DNA of 20,000 nucleotides from an uncultured virus (IMG/VR IMGVR_UViG_3300019378_000034). Taxonomy: Duplodnaviria > Heunggongvirae > Uroviricota > Caudoviricetes. Location: IMG/VR virus record IMGVR_UViG_3300019378_000034. The stretch is one strand, 5' to 3'. How positions within the stretch are numbered: position 1 is the first letter of the stretch; each line of letters begins with the position of its first letter. The notes under the pieces were generated by a model. The model was not told the DNA's origin. It did no database searches and worked only from the letters and a program-made list of their open reading frames with translations. Shown one piece after another: positions 8,901 to 17,417 of the stretch. Position numbers and translations under genes: made by a program.

Positions 8901-9911
8901 CCCCATAAAGGTTTTCATATAAGGAATCTTATCAAACCATTTATAAGGTGCAGGTGCGCCAAAAGGTTCACTCCAAGGAAGCTGAGGAATTTTTAGAGGC
9001 TTCATCAAGCTATAATCTTCACACATTTCTTTAATATGATGAATATTATTATATGCTTCAGTTAATTCTTCTCTGGTCAAACCCATAAAAGATTCAAGCT
9101 CTTCAGTATTCATCATATAAGTAGTTGCATAGAAATCATCAACTTCTCGATCACCATTCTGAGAGTTCAGATATGCCTTATGAATGGGTTTATCTTCTTT
9201 CTTCAAATAATGACTATCAGTTGTAATGATATAGGGGAAATGGTAAGTATTCGCAATATCAATCAGCGCTCTATTAACATAACGCTGGTCACGGTTTGCT
9301 GCAGGTTGAAGTTCTAGATAAAAATTACCAGGTCCAAAAATCCATTCCATCTGCTCGCACCAAGCGATGATTCTTTCATATAGTTCTTGACTACCAGAAT
9401 CTCTATGTCTCAGAAGCTGAGTAGGGAGGGCGCCACCAAGACAAGCAGTAGTTCCAATAACATGACCTCGATTTTCACCAATGACATCGATTAAATCTTG
9501 ATAGTAAGTGGGAACTCTACGCATACCTCGTGCCATATAACTGCGATGCCAAGCTCTAGTAGAAATCTCACGAATTTGTTTATGACCAATTGCATCCTTT
9601 GCTAAAAGAACAAAGTGATAATATCTATCATACTCACGATTGAAATTGTTTGCATTTAGTCCATTACGACAAAGATAAATCTCATTACCAAGAATTACCT
9701 TAAAGTCTGGATGTTCTTTTTTTATTTTTTTGTAAATCTTTTCGACCTTAACTGCGTTGCATACAGCTTCATGGTCTGTTACTGCCACAACTTCATGACC
9801 AAGTTCTACGGCATATTCAATCAAATCTTTTTCTTTGATGATACAGTCACGCAAACGTAAGTTAGAATATTGGGTGTGATTATGTAGTGAACCAGGAAAA
9901 TTTGTCACCAC
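5922..9911 (-). CDS. dnaE: DNA polymerase III alpha subunit (family C, DnaE-type), 1329 aa
   Basis: PHP domain (HNHTQYS, TDH, GNE, DSH), GRGSG, catalytic DVDVD, HAGGV, KYDLL, YGFNASH, C-terminal OB region. GTG start with GGAGG SD. Confidence 0.95.
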   Translation of the reverse strand: MVTNFPGSLHNHTQYSNLRLRDCIIKEKDLIEYAVELGHEVVAVTDHEAVCNAVKVEKIYKKIKKEHPDFKVILGNEIYLCRNGLNANNFNREYDRYYHFVLLAKDAIGHKQIREISTRAWHRSYMARGMRRVPTYYQDLIDVIGENRGHVIGTTACLGGALPTQLLRHRDSGSQELYERIIAWCEQMEWIFGPGNFYLELQPAANRDQRYVNRALIDIANTYHFPYIITTDSHYLKKEDKPIHKAYLNSQNGDREVDDFYATTYMMNTEELESFMGLTREELTEAYNNIHHIKEMCEDYSLMKPLKIPQLPWSEPFGAPAPYKWFDKIPYMKTFMGSDYVGDHHLCDAISLALSKDKKLQTQEIYDAINECLEMTWISSEVNKTHWSAYYLNLQKIIEECWNAGTLVGCGRGSGVGFILLYLLGITQINPQWETTKTFAWRFLNPARVSVLDVDVDIEGGRRKQVLDHLRKVYGEDRVANVATFGTEKSKSAVLTACRGLGIDVDIAQYLASMIASDRGMLRTLDQTFYGDEESDFAPNKQFVYEMTENYPEVWQVAKKIEGLVCRLGEHAGGVIFVDEDFENSTALMRAPNGDIMTQFDLHDCEDCSLIKYDLLSVEAMDKIHICLDLLCEQNYIEKKETLRDTYESVIGIYNLVREAPQMWQMVWNHEIHSLFQMEKQSGIQGIALTHPQSVDDLAVLNSVIRLMAQEKGAEQPLNKFARFKNDIQLWYDEMDKYGLTKEEQKLLEPVVKLSYGISESQEKFMQLVQMPECGGFDLTWADKLRKSIAKKNPAAYEELQKEYFETVEKKGLSKNLCNYVWNVLVATSRGYGFNASHTLAYSLIALQEMNLGYNYPIMFWNCACLISDSGGAENDDEEEVEEVDNVYEEVEYSSFEDFGAEEDEDENEDEDEETVSAATKKKKKTKSANYGKIATAIGKIKSSGVDVAPPDINKSSFTFYPDVESNTIRYGLSGITKVGEDLVKAIMDGRPYTSVADLTSRVKINKAQVINLIKSGAFDSFGDRVQIMRQYINSVSDTKQRITLQNMKMLIDFGLIPDKYDMQRRVYNFNKYVKKLKWETYYALDNIAFNFYEKHFDMDNLIPSEMSESGFLIKQTVWDKIYQSHMDKIRPWVKENSATLLEEVNNRLTSDMWNKYCQGSLSKWEMDAVSFYSHEHELAHVNTRAYDITDFDKIPETPVVERIIPIKGRQIPIFKLYRIAGTILDKDKNKKTVTLLTTSGVVTVKIFGQVFSHYDKQISEKGADGKKHVIEKSWLARGNKIIVTGIKQSDGFLAKKYNKTPYHLVELITEVTEDGWLYTKGERMEAAE

Positions 9912-9940
9912 GCATCTACCTCCTCTCAGTTTATATAAAT

Positions 9941-9969
9941 ATTATATCATAAATTTATATTTTTGTCAA
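9941..9969 (-). promoter_or_regulatory. Perfect-consensus sigma70/sigmaA promoter upstream of dnaE
   Basis: TTGACA(9969-9964)-17 nt-TATAAT(9946-9941), with extended -10 TGn. Confidence 0.88.
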
Positions 9970-10253
9970 TTATTGAGCAGTTCGTCTAAACCATGGTTAA
10001 TTATTCTTTGCTTAATAGTTGGCATGAGAACTTCATAGAAAGTTTTTTCATCAAGTTGTTTATCCAAGATTACGTGTGCATAAGCTGCTCCACGTCTAGA
10101 CTCGGGAAATCCACTTCGAATATGGAATATGAATAGCTTATTACGTATTTCAGTATATTCTTTTGTCTGGATAGTAGTATCAACTTCCATCATATTGATA
10201 ATTGTGTGATACCATCTAGTAATTCTATCTGTTATAATCAATATCTTAATCAT
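9966..10253 (-). CDS. Hypothetical protein, 95 aa
   Basis: GGGAG SD, directly abuts the stop of the upstream small ORF, ends TGA. Confidence 0.75.
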   Translation of the reverse strand: MIKILIITDRITRWYHTIINMMEVDTTIQTKEYTEIRNKLFIFHIRSGFPESRRGAAYAHVILDKQLDEKTFYEVLMPTIKQRIINHGLDELLNN

Positions 10254-10406
10254 TCAGACTCCCATTATTTTAACGGCTCGTTCTATATGCCAAATCGTAT
10301 AGAGATACCACATTCCATCTTTATCTGCAATAAGAGGGATAATAGGAAAGGGGCTTTCTGCTATTACTTTAGGTATATCATATATGTAATTAGAATCCAA
10401 GCGCAT
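10254..10406 (-). CDS. Small hypothetical protein, 50 aa (not in ORF track)
   Basis: GAGGTG/AAGGA upstream of ATG 10404-10406. MRLDSNYIYDIPKVIAESPFPIIPLIADKDGMWYLYTIWHIERAVKIMGV-TGA fills the gap and abuts the next ATG. Confidence 0.65.
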   Translation of the reverse strand: MRLDSNYIYDIPKVIAESPFPIIPLIADKDGMWYLYTIWHIERAVKIMGV

Positions 10407-12147
10407 TATCCTTCACCTCAATATCTTCAATAAAAATCTGAGGAGTTACTCTTCCGCCCCATTCATTCAAATTGGCACGACCAACAACTTCTATCTTCAT
10501 GTCGGGATGCTTATTTAATTCTTCAATCAAATCTTTTGCATGGAACTTCATATAAGCGATACCAAATTTCTCAAATTTTACAGTATCCTTATTTTTACCC
10601 ATAATTTGAACATCACTTGCAGAAATGTTAATATCTGTTACATGGATCAAAGGTTCTGGATTTTGCTGCCCCCAAATGCCACCATGTGCCCCAATATCAT
10701 GAATAATATCTGCTAAATCATCATCAGCGGCAATTCTATCAAAATTTACATCATAGCAGTTTTCACCAAAATCAATTCCAATAAGAGCCTCATTTGCCCA
10801 CTTGTGGAAATCAGTTAAATGAGAATTAGGGATAGAACAACCAGCCGCATTGTCATGACCTTGGACATATTCAAACATTCCGCTTTCAGTTAAGAAATCT
10901 TTAAAAGAAACCAATTCACTTTGATTCAATCCGCGCATAGACCCACGATTAAAGCCTTGCTCATTCAGTCGTGCAACAATAGTGGGACGCTTGAATTTGG
11001 CGCTTAACTTCATAGCTAGTAGACCATTTAATTCCGAGGGGAATGTATCTTCTTCGTCCAGACGAACAAACAAAATTCTGTTTTCCAACAAATCATACTT
11101 ATGAATTTTGATTTCAGTTCTATCCATAGCGGTTTCCAAAGATTTATTTTGACGATTGCGCGCGTTGCTACATTCACGTGCGGCTTCAACACCAGCTCTT
11201 TCCATAGTTCCCTTCGCTCCACGCTTGCCACTAGGAATCATTTTATCGCCATCTAAGAAAGCTTCAAACAGTCGACACTTTTCATCCATGGTGCCAACAC
11301 GAATCATCGCATTGACCAGAGGGACAATGTAAAAAGCTACGCTAATGGGATTCATAGCGTCAATCAGCTGTTGTTTGCTAGGACTCATCGCACCAGTAAT
11401 AGAATAAGCCTGCTTCTCCATGAGCGCCCATAGCAACTTGTTATTAATATTCTTTAATCCTTCCTTTACGATATAACGATTTTCCAACTCAAGCATAGAA
11501 CCCATATCGCCAATGATACCCCAGGCTGCTAAGTCCATATACTTGTCAGCAAAAGACTTGCCCAACTTTAAATCAAGATAACGGCAGAACTGATATACAA
11601 CTCCTGCGCCGGTCAATTCCTTGTTCTTATATCGAGGAGAAAGCTGGTTGTTAATAACTACGGCATTTTCACTTAGTTCTGTATCTGTAATGTGATGGTC
11701 AAGAACTAAAACAGAAGTACCCAAGTCACTCAATTGTTCATGATAAACATAATCATTACTAGAAGAGTCGGGTAGAATGATTAACCCGTAATGTTCTCCG
11801 CCCTCTGTTAAATTCTTAATATGATCTTGCAGGCCATGCTATTTACCTTCATGTAAAATATAATCAATCTTGCAATCGGGCATTAAATCTCTCAGATAAT
11901 TATACATGATAGTAGCAGAAGTAAAACCATCATTATCAGAGTCAACAACAATCAGAATTTTCTCATCCTGCGCAAGTACTCCTATGAGCAGGTTGGCGCC
12001 TCGCTCTACATTTTCTAAATCAGTGGGAGGTTGTAGGAACTCTCTGCCAGGATTGTAATAATCTTCTGGATTTTCAATACCACGAGCCTTCAAAAGTGAA
12101 TCTACATAATCTTTCTTAAAGTTTGTGTTAATCAGTTTGGTCTTCAT
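10390..12147 (-). CDS. recJ: RecJ-like DHH-family ssDNA exonuclease, 585 aa, single gene with in-frame TAG at codon 103
   Basis: Track ORFs 11839..12147 and 10390..11733 share a frame and are separated only by TAG at 11839-11841. The joined protein has DSDNDG, HEGK*HGL, ILPDS, LDHH, GIIGDM, RGSMRG and QGH in RecJ order. Confidence 0.9.
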
Positions 12148-13196
12148 TTAACAATTACCCTCTTATCTAATAGTTTCAAGAAAATTTCTTCTCCTTTATC
12201 TGTAGGAGAATCCTTTAAATCAAGCAAACCTTCCCTATCATAGATAAAAGAGAAGTTGCAATAATTTTTATATTTTTGACAGATATTCCATAATTTGTTG
12301 AAATACTTATCCTCTCCAGGAAGCTCTTCTTTATCAAAGCACAAAACAATATGCGCTGGATGGCAATGCCTCATAAGAATGTTTAATTGATATTTATTAA
12401 AATTACTTCCACATACTGCCGCAGAACAATTTGGTATTGAGAAGCCTTCCATCTGTAAAACAGACTTTTCACTTTCAAATAAAAAACAAATTCCGCTTTC
12501 TTTAATATCAAATTCTGTCATATGTAAGCCATAAAGGTTCATAGAAAGTGGATGTTTGTACCAAGTATTTTCAATGCGTATTGGTGCATACTTACCAACA
12601 TTTTCTACTTCCCACTCATTCAATGCGCGACCTCTAATTCCAACAAGACGGCCATCAATATCATAATGAGGAATAATAATTTTATTCTGAGAAATAGAAT
12701 AGGAAATATCAAAATCATCCATAGCTTCTTTTGTTATACCATCGTTCAACCATTCTGGAGGATAATATTTAACAAAACAATCTAACACATTTGGCGAATA
12801 TTCTGGAAGTTGAACTTCTTTTCGTACGACAGAATAGCGCTCTTTTAAACTCTTATAAACTGGTTTAATAAATCCTTCTTTTTGCTTAAAAGAAGAACAA
12901 TTACAAACCACTTCATAGATATCTTGATACCAGTCGTATTCTATCTGCCTTTCTTCGTAATAAGTACGAAGAAATTTAAAAATAGACATACTTCCACATT
13001 CTGTATAACAAACGAACATCTTGTTCTTTTTGTAAAAATATAATTTCATTGACGCTTCACTAGATTCCAAATTATGACAGATGGTGGGAAAGATTACAAA
13101 ATCTTCCCTATCATCGTACCTGTCGGCGCCAAGTTCTGTCATCAAATGAATTATAGAATCGGTATTTAAATTAGAGATTATCTCAGCATAATCCAT
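12144..13196 (-). CDS. Phage DNA primase (DnaG-like: Zn-binding domain plus TOPRIM)
   Basis: CHN...CYTEC Zn ligands, IIIPH...GIRGR, LYGL, FESEKS and LCFD TOPRIM-like motifs. Adjacent to the helicase. Confidence 0.85.
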   Translation of the reverse strand: MDYAEIISNLNTDSIIHLMTELGADRYDDREDFVIFPTICHNLESSEASMKLYFYKKNKMFVCYTECGSMSIFKFLRTYYEERQIEYDWYQDIYEVVCNCSSFKQKEGFIKPVYKSLKERYSVVRKEVQLPEYSPNVLDCFVKYYPPEWLNDGITKEAMDDFDISYSISQNKIIIPHYDIDGRLVGIRGRALNEWEVENVGKYAPIRIENTWYKHPLSMNLYGLHMTEFDIKESGICFLFESEKSVLQMEGFSIPNCSAAVCGSNFNKYQLNILMRHCHPAHIVLCFDKEELPGEDKYFNKLWNICQKYKNYCNFSFIYDREGLLDLKDSPTDKGEEIFLKLLDKRVIVK

Positions 13197-14742
13197 TTAG
13201 CCAATCAACCTTTCTTTTAATTTCAATCAGTTCATCGCTTTCAAAATCACTGATATTATATTCATCACCAGTACTAAAATCATTGATAACAACCAAACGA
13301 GAATCAGTTAAAAACAAATCATCTCGCTTCATTGTACCCAAATCAACAATAGACCAAATACGTACTTGTGTCCACTCACCACTTCGAACTTTAAAAATAT
13401 CAGTTACCAGATTTGGCTTACCATGAACAGCAATAATTGGTTCGAGAGTTTCTAACTCTTCCTTAGTAGGACGAGCCATAATCGCACCATTATCTGCTTT
13501 GTTAATTGTTGAACGACCACCGGCCAGAGAAGATTCATTCCTAATATTTATGTTATTATCCACATTTGCATTAACCTGTGTAGAAGTAAAAACACAGACA
13601 TCCAATTCAACAGCCAAATCCTTTAAGGCGGTTGCCATCATCAATAGAACTTCATCATTACGGACACCAAAACCACGGAACTCGTTAAGAAGCGCAGGTC
13701 CAATAAAGATGTAGTCATAAAATACATAACCAATATCATGCAACAAAACTTTTTCGCGTACTTTGGTTTTTACTAAATCAATAGTTGGATTAGGAATACG
13801 AATCAGAATAAAATTATCTGCATAATCCTTCATAATCTGTTTACCTTGCGCGATTCGTTTCTTTTCTTCTTCAGTAAAACGTCCGTACTTAAACTTAGAT
13901 TCATTTATATCAGTTAAGTATGCCAAAATCATTTTTTTAATCTGAATATCAGTCTGCTCTGTGATAATAAACAAAATTCGCTGATTGTTGCCTTTTTGTT
14001 CCCAAGAAGCAGTTTTGCTATTGTATCTTATAGGAAAAGCAAGAATACAAGCGTCTGCTACAGCATTTCTTGTTTTACCAGTACCACTCGCACCAGAGCG
14101 AATGGTCAGACAAGAACGCTGTGCTCCATCAATAATTCTACTGAAAATAAAACCTTGAATTGGAAGTCCAACACTTCCTTCTGCGCCGAAAGATTCGACA
14201 AGCTCGTCAATATCATCACCGATATTCCATTCTTGAACTTCTTCAGTGCCCGCATAATCAGATTCCAAAACCAACAATCTCTTCTTAACCGCAGTAATAA
14301 TATCGCTGATGGTTAGTTCTTCAAACCGCTGATTAATTTCCATTGCATTCGCCGCAGTTAAATCTTCTTGATAAAATTCACTTACGGGAAAGTTCTGTTT
14401 CTTTAAATCCCTGAGCAAATTCAGTTTCTTTAGTTTGGTATAATAATAAGGAAAGTTCTCTATATTAGAGAACTCTTCAATATCTTGCAAATACTCAAGA
14501 CCATTCTGCTGTTCATATAATTTCTTTGCCGCATCATTAGCTTCAAGATAACTTTCAATATCTAAAGCCGTAATCTTTTGCGCGCCACTACGCCATAAAC
14601 CATTTATAGCATTGAAAATATATTTCTCGAACTTAGTTGAAAAGTCTGAGATAGACAAGCTATACTTATCAACCTCACTTAAAAACTGAGGGTGTTTCAT
14701 CAGAGAACCAAGAACCTGCTGAATGGTTCCCTTGTTTGTCAT
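13183..14742 (-). CDS. Replicative DnaB-like (SF4) helicase
   Basis: Walker A GASGTGKT, FIITEQ, Walker B VFYDYI, LKDLAVELD..TSTQVN, KAD and KVR motifs. Confidence 0.88.
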   Translation of the reverse strand: MTNKGTIQQVLGSLMKHPQFLSEVDKYSLSISDFSTKFEKYIFNAINGLWRSGAQKITALDIESYLEANDAAKKLYEQQNGLEYLQDIEEFSNIENFPYYYTKLKKLNLLRDLKKQNFPVSEFYQEDLTAANAMEINQRFEELTISDIITAVKKRLLVLESDYAGTEEVQEWNIGDDIDELVESFGAEGSVGLPIQGFIFSRIIDGAQRSCLTIRSGASGTGKTRNAVADACILAFPIRYNSKTASWEQKGNNQRILFIITEQTDIQIKKMILAYLTDINESKFKYGRFTEEEKKRIAQGKQIMKDYADNFILIRIPNPTIDLVKTKVREKVLLHDIGYVFYDYIFIGPALLNEFRGFGVRNDEVLLMMATALKDLAVELDVCVFTSTQVNANVDNNINIRNESSLAGGRSTINKADNGAIMARPTKEELETLEPIIAVHGKPNLVTDIFKVRSGEWTQVRIWSIVDLGTMKRDDLFLTDSRLVVINDFSTGDEYNISDFESDELIEIKRKVDWLNGLC

Positions 14743-15326
14743 TCATCGTCCTCCATATCTACTTCTGCTAACATCTCTGCCGCAGTTTTTACTTGCCGCT
14801 TTTTTCTCTTCATCTTTACTTCAATAATATTTTGGTTCTGAAATTGACGAATCTGTTCTTCAATTGCGGCAACGATATTCTTATCTCTTTGGTTTCTTTC
14901 TCCCCAATAAGCTGTTGCATCTTCATATATATGTGGAACAATTCCAATGCCGCCTTCGCTCTTGTCGACTAAGCCACCACATATTTCATAAAAATATCTA
15001 ACAGTAAAATAGATACCTTTGGGTGTACGTCCATCCCTTTCTACAAATTTCTTCCACTGAGAATTAAATCTTTTATAATCAAGACTAATTTTTAAATCTC
15101 TTTTAAGATAATCTTGTACAGCAGTTTTCCATACAACTTCATCTGCCTCAAGTTCTATTCCCTCTTTTCCAATTTGTCCTTTTTTCTTAGCAAAATCTTC
15201 ATAGCATTTTTTATGGTAATAGAATCTTTTAACTGGTTGTACCCAATAAACTCCTTCTACTAAATCTGGGTCCAATCTGTTAAATTTTTGTTTACAAACT
15301 CGACACTCAACCATAGCTTTTGCCAT
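14739..15326 (-). CDS. Hypothetical replication-associated protein with N-terminal CxxC...HxxC Zn finger
   Basis: CRVC...HKKC motif. First gene after a promoter, ATGA-coupled to the helicase. Start set at ATG 15326 with AAGGTGG upstream. Confidence 0.75.
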   Translation of the reverse strand: MAKAMVECRVCKQKFNRLDPDLVEGVYWVQPVKRFYYHKKCYEDFAKKKGQIGKEGIELEADEVVWKTAVQDYLKRDLKISLDYKRFNSQWKKFVERDGRTPKGIYFTVRYFYEICGGLVDKSEGGIGIVPHIYEDATAYWGERNQRDKNIVAAIEEQIRQFQNQNIIEVKMKRKKRQVKTAAEMLAEVDMEDDE

Positions 15327-15365
15327 TAATCGCACCACCTTTTCTAGCCTTATTTTCCTACATAT

Positions 15366-15394
15366 ATTATATCATATTTTTTGTAAAAAGTCAA
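15366..15394 (-). promoter_or_regulatory. sigma70/sigmaA-type promoter with extended -10
   Basis: TTGACT(15394-15389)-17 nt-TATAAT(15371-15366). Confidence 0.82.
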
Positions 15395-15399
15395 ATTAG

Positions 15400-15428
15400 A
15401 AAAAGCCACCCTTGAAACCAAGGGTGGC
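15400..15428 (-). terminator. Intrinsic terminator after the AAA ATPase gene
   Basis: 10-bp perfect stem GCCACCCTTG-gttt-CAAGGGTGGC followed by TTTTT on the minus strand. Confidence 0.88.
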
Positions 15429-15441
15429 GTAATTAAAAGGA

Positions 15442-16404
15442 TTAGTCCTTTAACATATCTCTCATATCAAGAACAACAAGGTTAAACAAATCAACCTGGT
15501 CTTCTGTGATTTCAGACAGCTTCATGGGACGACCAAAAATAATCTCAACCTTTTTCAAGATAACAGGAGCATTTTCGGGGTCTTTCTCCACAAGGACAGT
15601 CCACAATTCAGAGGCTTCCGCGCGAATTGCTTTATAATCCAATTTCTCAAATGTATCAAGAGGTGCTGTATCAGTAACAACTGCGCCATTTTCTTGCTCT
15701 TTATCGATTGCTTGGCCCAGAGCCTCTAAGAACTCATTATAGCCAAATGGAATTCGAGGAGCAAGATATTTATATCTGGAACCTGCAACAATGGTGGGAG
15801 TAGAACGAGTCTGAATCCAACGATGACTTTCACCATGCTCATCCCAAGTCTGAGTGATGACACCGATAATATCAACCAGGCCATTAACAATCTTTAAGCA
15901 ACGATTGTTTAAGTCAGGCTTATATCCAGTGATTTCACCATTCTCGTCAGAACTTTCCTTTAAGTGGCAAGTCATAATTAGGCCATAACCCATCATAGTA
16001 ATCTTGCGGAGCGCGCTATCAAATTCCTTGGATAGAGCAGCATAACCGCCACCATAAGGGATGTCACCAATCTTTTGCACACCATTCTGGGCGCAAATAA
16101 ATTGTTCACACAGGTCGTAAGCAATTGCAACTGTATCAACACAGATGGTTGAGAACTTGGCTTTTGCTTCTGGTTTTTCCAACTGACGAAGAACTAACTT
16201 GAATGTACTCCAAGTATCAATCTTCTGAATCATGGCGCCAGGTCTTGCATTGGTACCAATCTCAAATGCCAACACTAAAGCATCAGGCGCCATAGTACAA
16301 AATTCAGTTTTACCAATCTTAGGTGCGCCAGCCAGGAGCAGGTATTTCGAGCGTAAATCTCTCGAAATAACCTACGGCTGAATGGCTAAAATATCAATAG
16401 CCAT
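15442..16404 (-). CDS. AAA_24/Sak4-like P-loop ATPase (putative phage recombinase), 320 aa, in-frame TAG at codon 11
   Basis: GGAGGT SD at 16412-16417 then MAIDILAIQP[TAG 16372-16374]VISRDLRSKYLLLAGAPKIGKT. The Walker A lies upstream of the track start at 16293. Walker B is ICVDT. Adjacent to the SSB-like gene. Confidence 0.85.
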
Positions 16405-16418
16405 TTACGTTACCTCCA

Positions 16419-17330
16419 TTAGAAGCCCAGGTCAGCCATAGACTTCTTTGCGGCCTTAGGAGCAGTCTTGCTTTCCTTAGCCTTCTGCTTTGCCTTCAGT
16501 TCAGCCAAACGAGCCTGACGATCTTCCAAAGCGCTATGGATTTCATCCATATCAAAGGCAAAGTCACCCTCCAAAGGAGTCTGAGAACCACCAGTGATAA
16601 TCAGCTCGCTGACAGAAATAGTCTTTCTCTCAATACGAGGCTCACCGAAGTCGACCTCAACCATCTTCTCCTCAGTCTTAGAGGTAAAGTTCAGCTTACC
16701 ATTAATCTTAACGGTATCGCCCTGCTCCCAGTAAGAAGAAACAGCATCAATAACGTTAGGACTGGTAGCGAAGAAATCAATTACATCAACGATACCGCCG
16801 TACTGAGGCATGATACCACGAATCTTATAGCGATTGGGAATTTCCACGCCATCCTTATCGGTTTCATAACCCATGCTACCAACTGCAAAAATAACAGAGA
16901 AAGTAGCTTCAGGGGTGAACTTACTCAAATCGGTAATCTTGGTTACGAAAGAAGCATTGATACGGGGGTAAGAGTTCAGATTACCAGTCTGGCCGTAATA
17001 TTCATTCATACGAATCTGCGCGCCAGTAATACGAACACGGTCTGCGGCATCGATACCAACTGCAGCGATACTCTTATACTCGTTCATTACGCGCTCAATA
17101 GAAGCGTAAGCAGGATTAGCAGTACCCTTATTAGTCAGCTTATTGGCAAACATATATACAGGGATATCCAGTTCGGATTCCTCGCCATTCAGCATCTGAG
17201 TAACACGAACCTTGATGGAACCGCCAATCTTTTCGACAGACTTACCATCTTTCATATAACTACCTGTCTCCAGGTCAATCTCGGACAGAATACCCTCAAT
17301 CTTTACAGAATTTTCCTTAGACTCTAGCAT
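16419..17330 (-). CDS. Putative single-stranded DNA-binding protein (two OB-fold-like halves)
   Basis: N-terminal NSVKIEGIL, GDTVKINGKL, charged tail ending DLGF, located beside a Sak4-like ATPase. AAGGAG SD. Confidence 0.6.
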   Translation of the reverse strand: MLESKENSVKIEGILSEIDLETGSYMKDGKSVEKIGGSIKVRVTQMLNGEESELDIPVYMFANKLTNKGTANPAYASIERVMNEYKSIAAVGIDAADRVRITGAQIRMNEYYGQTGNLNSYPRINASFVTKITDLSKFTPEATFSVIFAVGSMGYETDKDGVEIPNRYKIRGIMPQYGGIVDVIDFFATSPNVIDAVSSYWEQGDTVKINGKLNFTSKTEEKMVEVDFGEPRIERKTISVSELIITGGSQTPLEGDFAFDMDEIHSALEDRQARLAELKAKQKAKESKTAPKAAKKSMADLGF

Positions 17331-17351
17331 TAAGTTTATCTCCTTGTTTTG

Positions 17352-17378
17352 TTTAAAGTTTCATTTAAAGTTTCATTT
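17352..17378. repeat. 12-bp tandem direct repeat (TTTAAAGTTTCA)x2 plus TTT in the SSB-like leader
   Basis: Exact copies at 17352-17363 and 17364-17375. Confidence 0.8.
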
Positions 17379-17384
17379 GCTGAT

Positions 17385-17409
17385 AAAAATGTGGGGCTTA
17401 AAGCCCCAC
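17385..17409 (-). terminator. Hairpin, terminator-like or mRNA-stabilising, after the wHTH gene
   Basis: GTGGGGC-tttaa-GCCCCAC followed by ATTTTT on the minus strand. Confidence 0.7.
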
Positions 17410-17417
17410 TATTAAAA

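Noticed and set aside
10390..12147. RecJ as a pseudogene or two separate genes
   Set aside because: Same frame, a single TAG and an intact motif in the gap. The same pattern occurs in three other genes.
4748..16374. Pyrrolysine or context-programmed readthrough as the cause of the TAGs
   Set aside because: No shared context or downstream element was seen, there are no pyl genes in the window, and the proteins are unrelated to Pyl enzymes.
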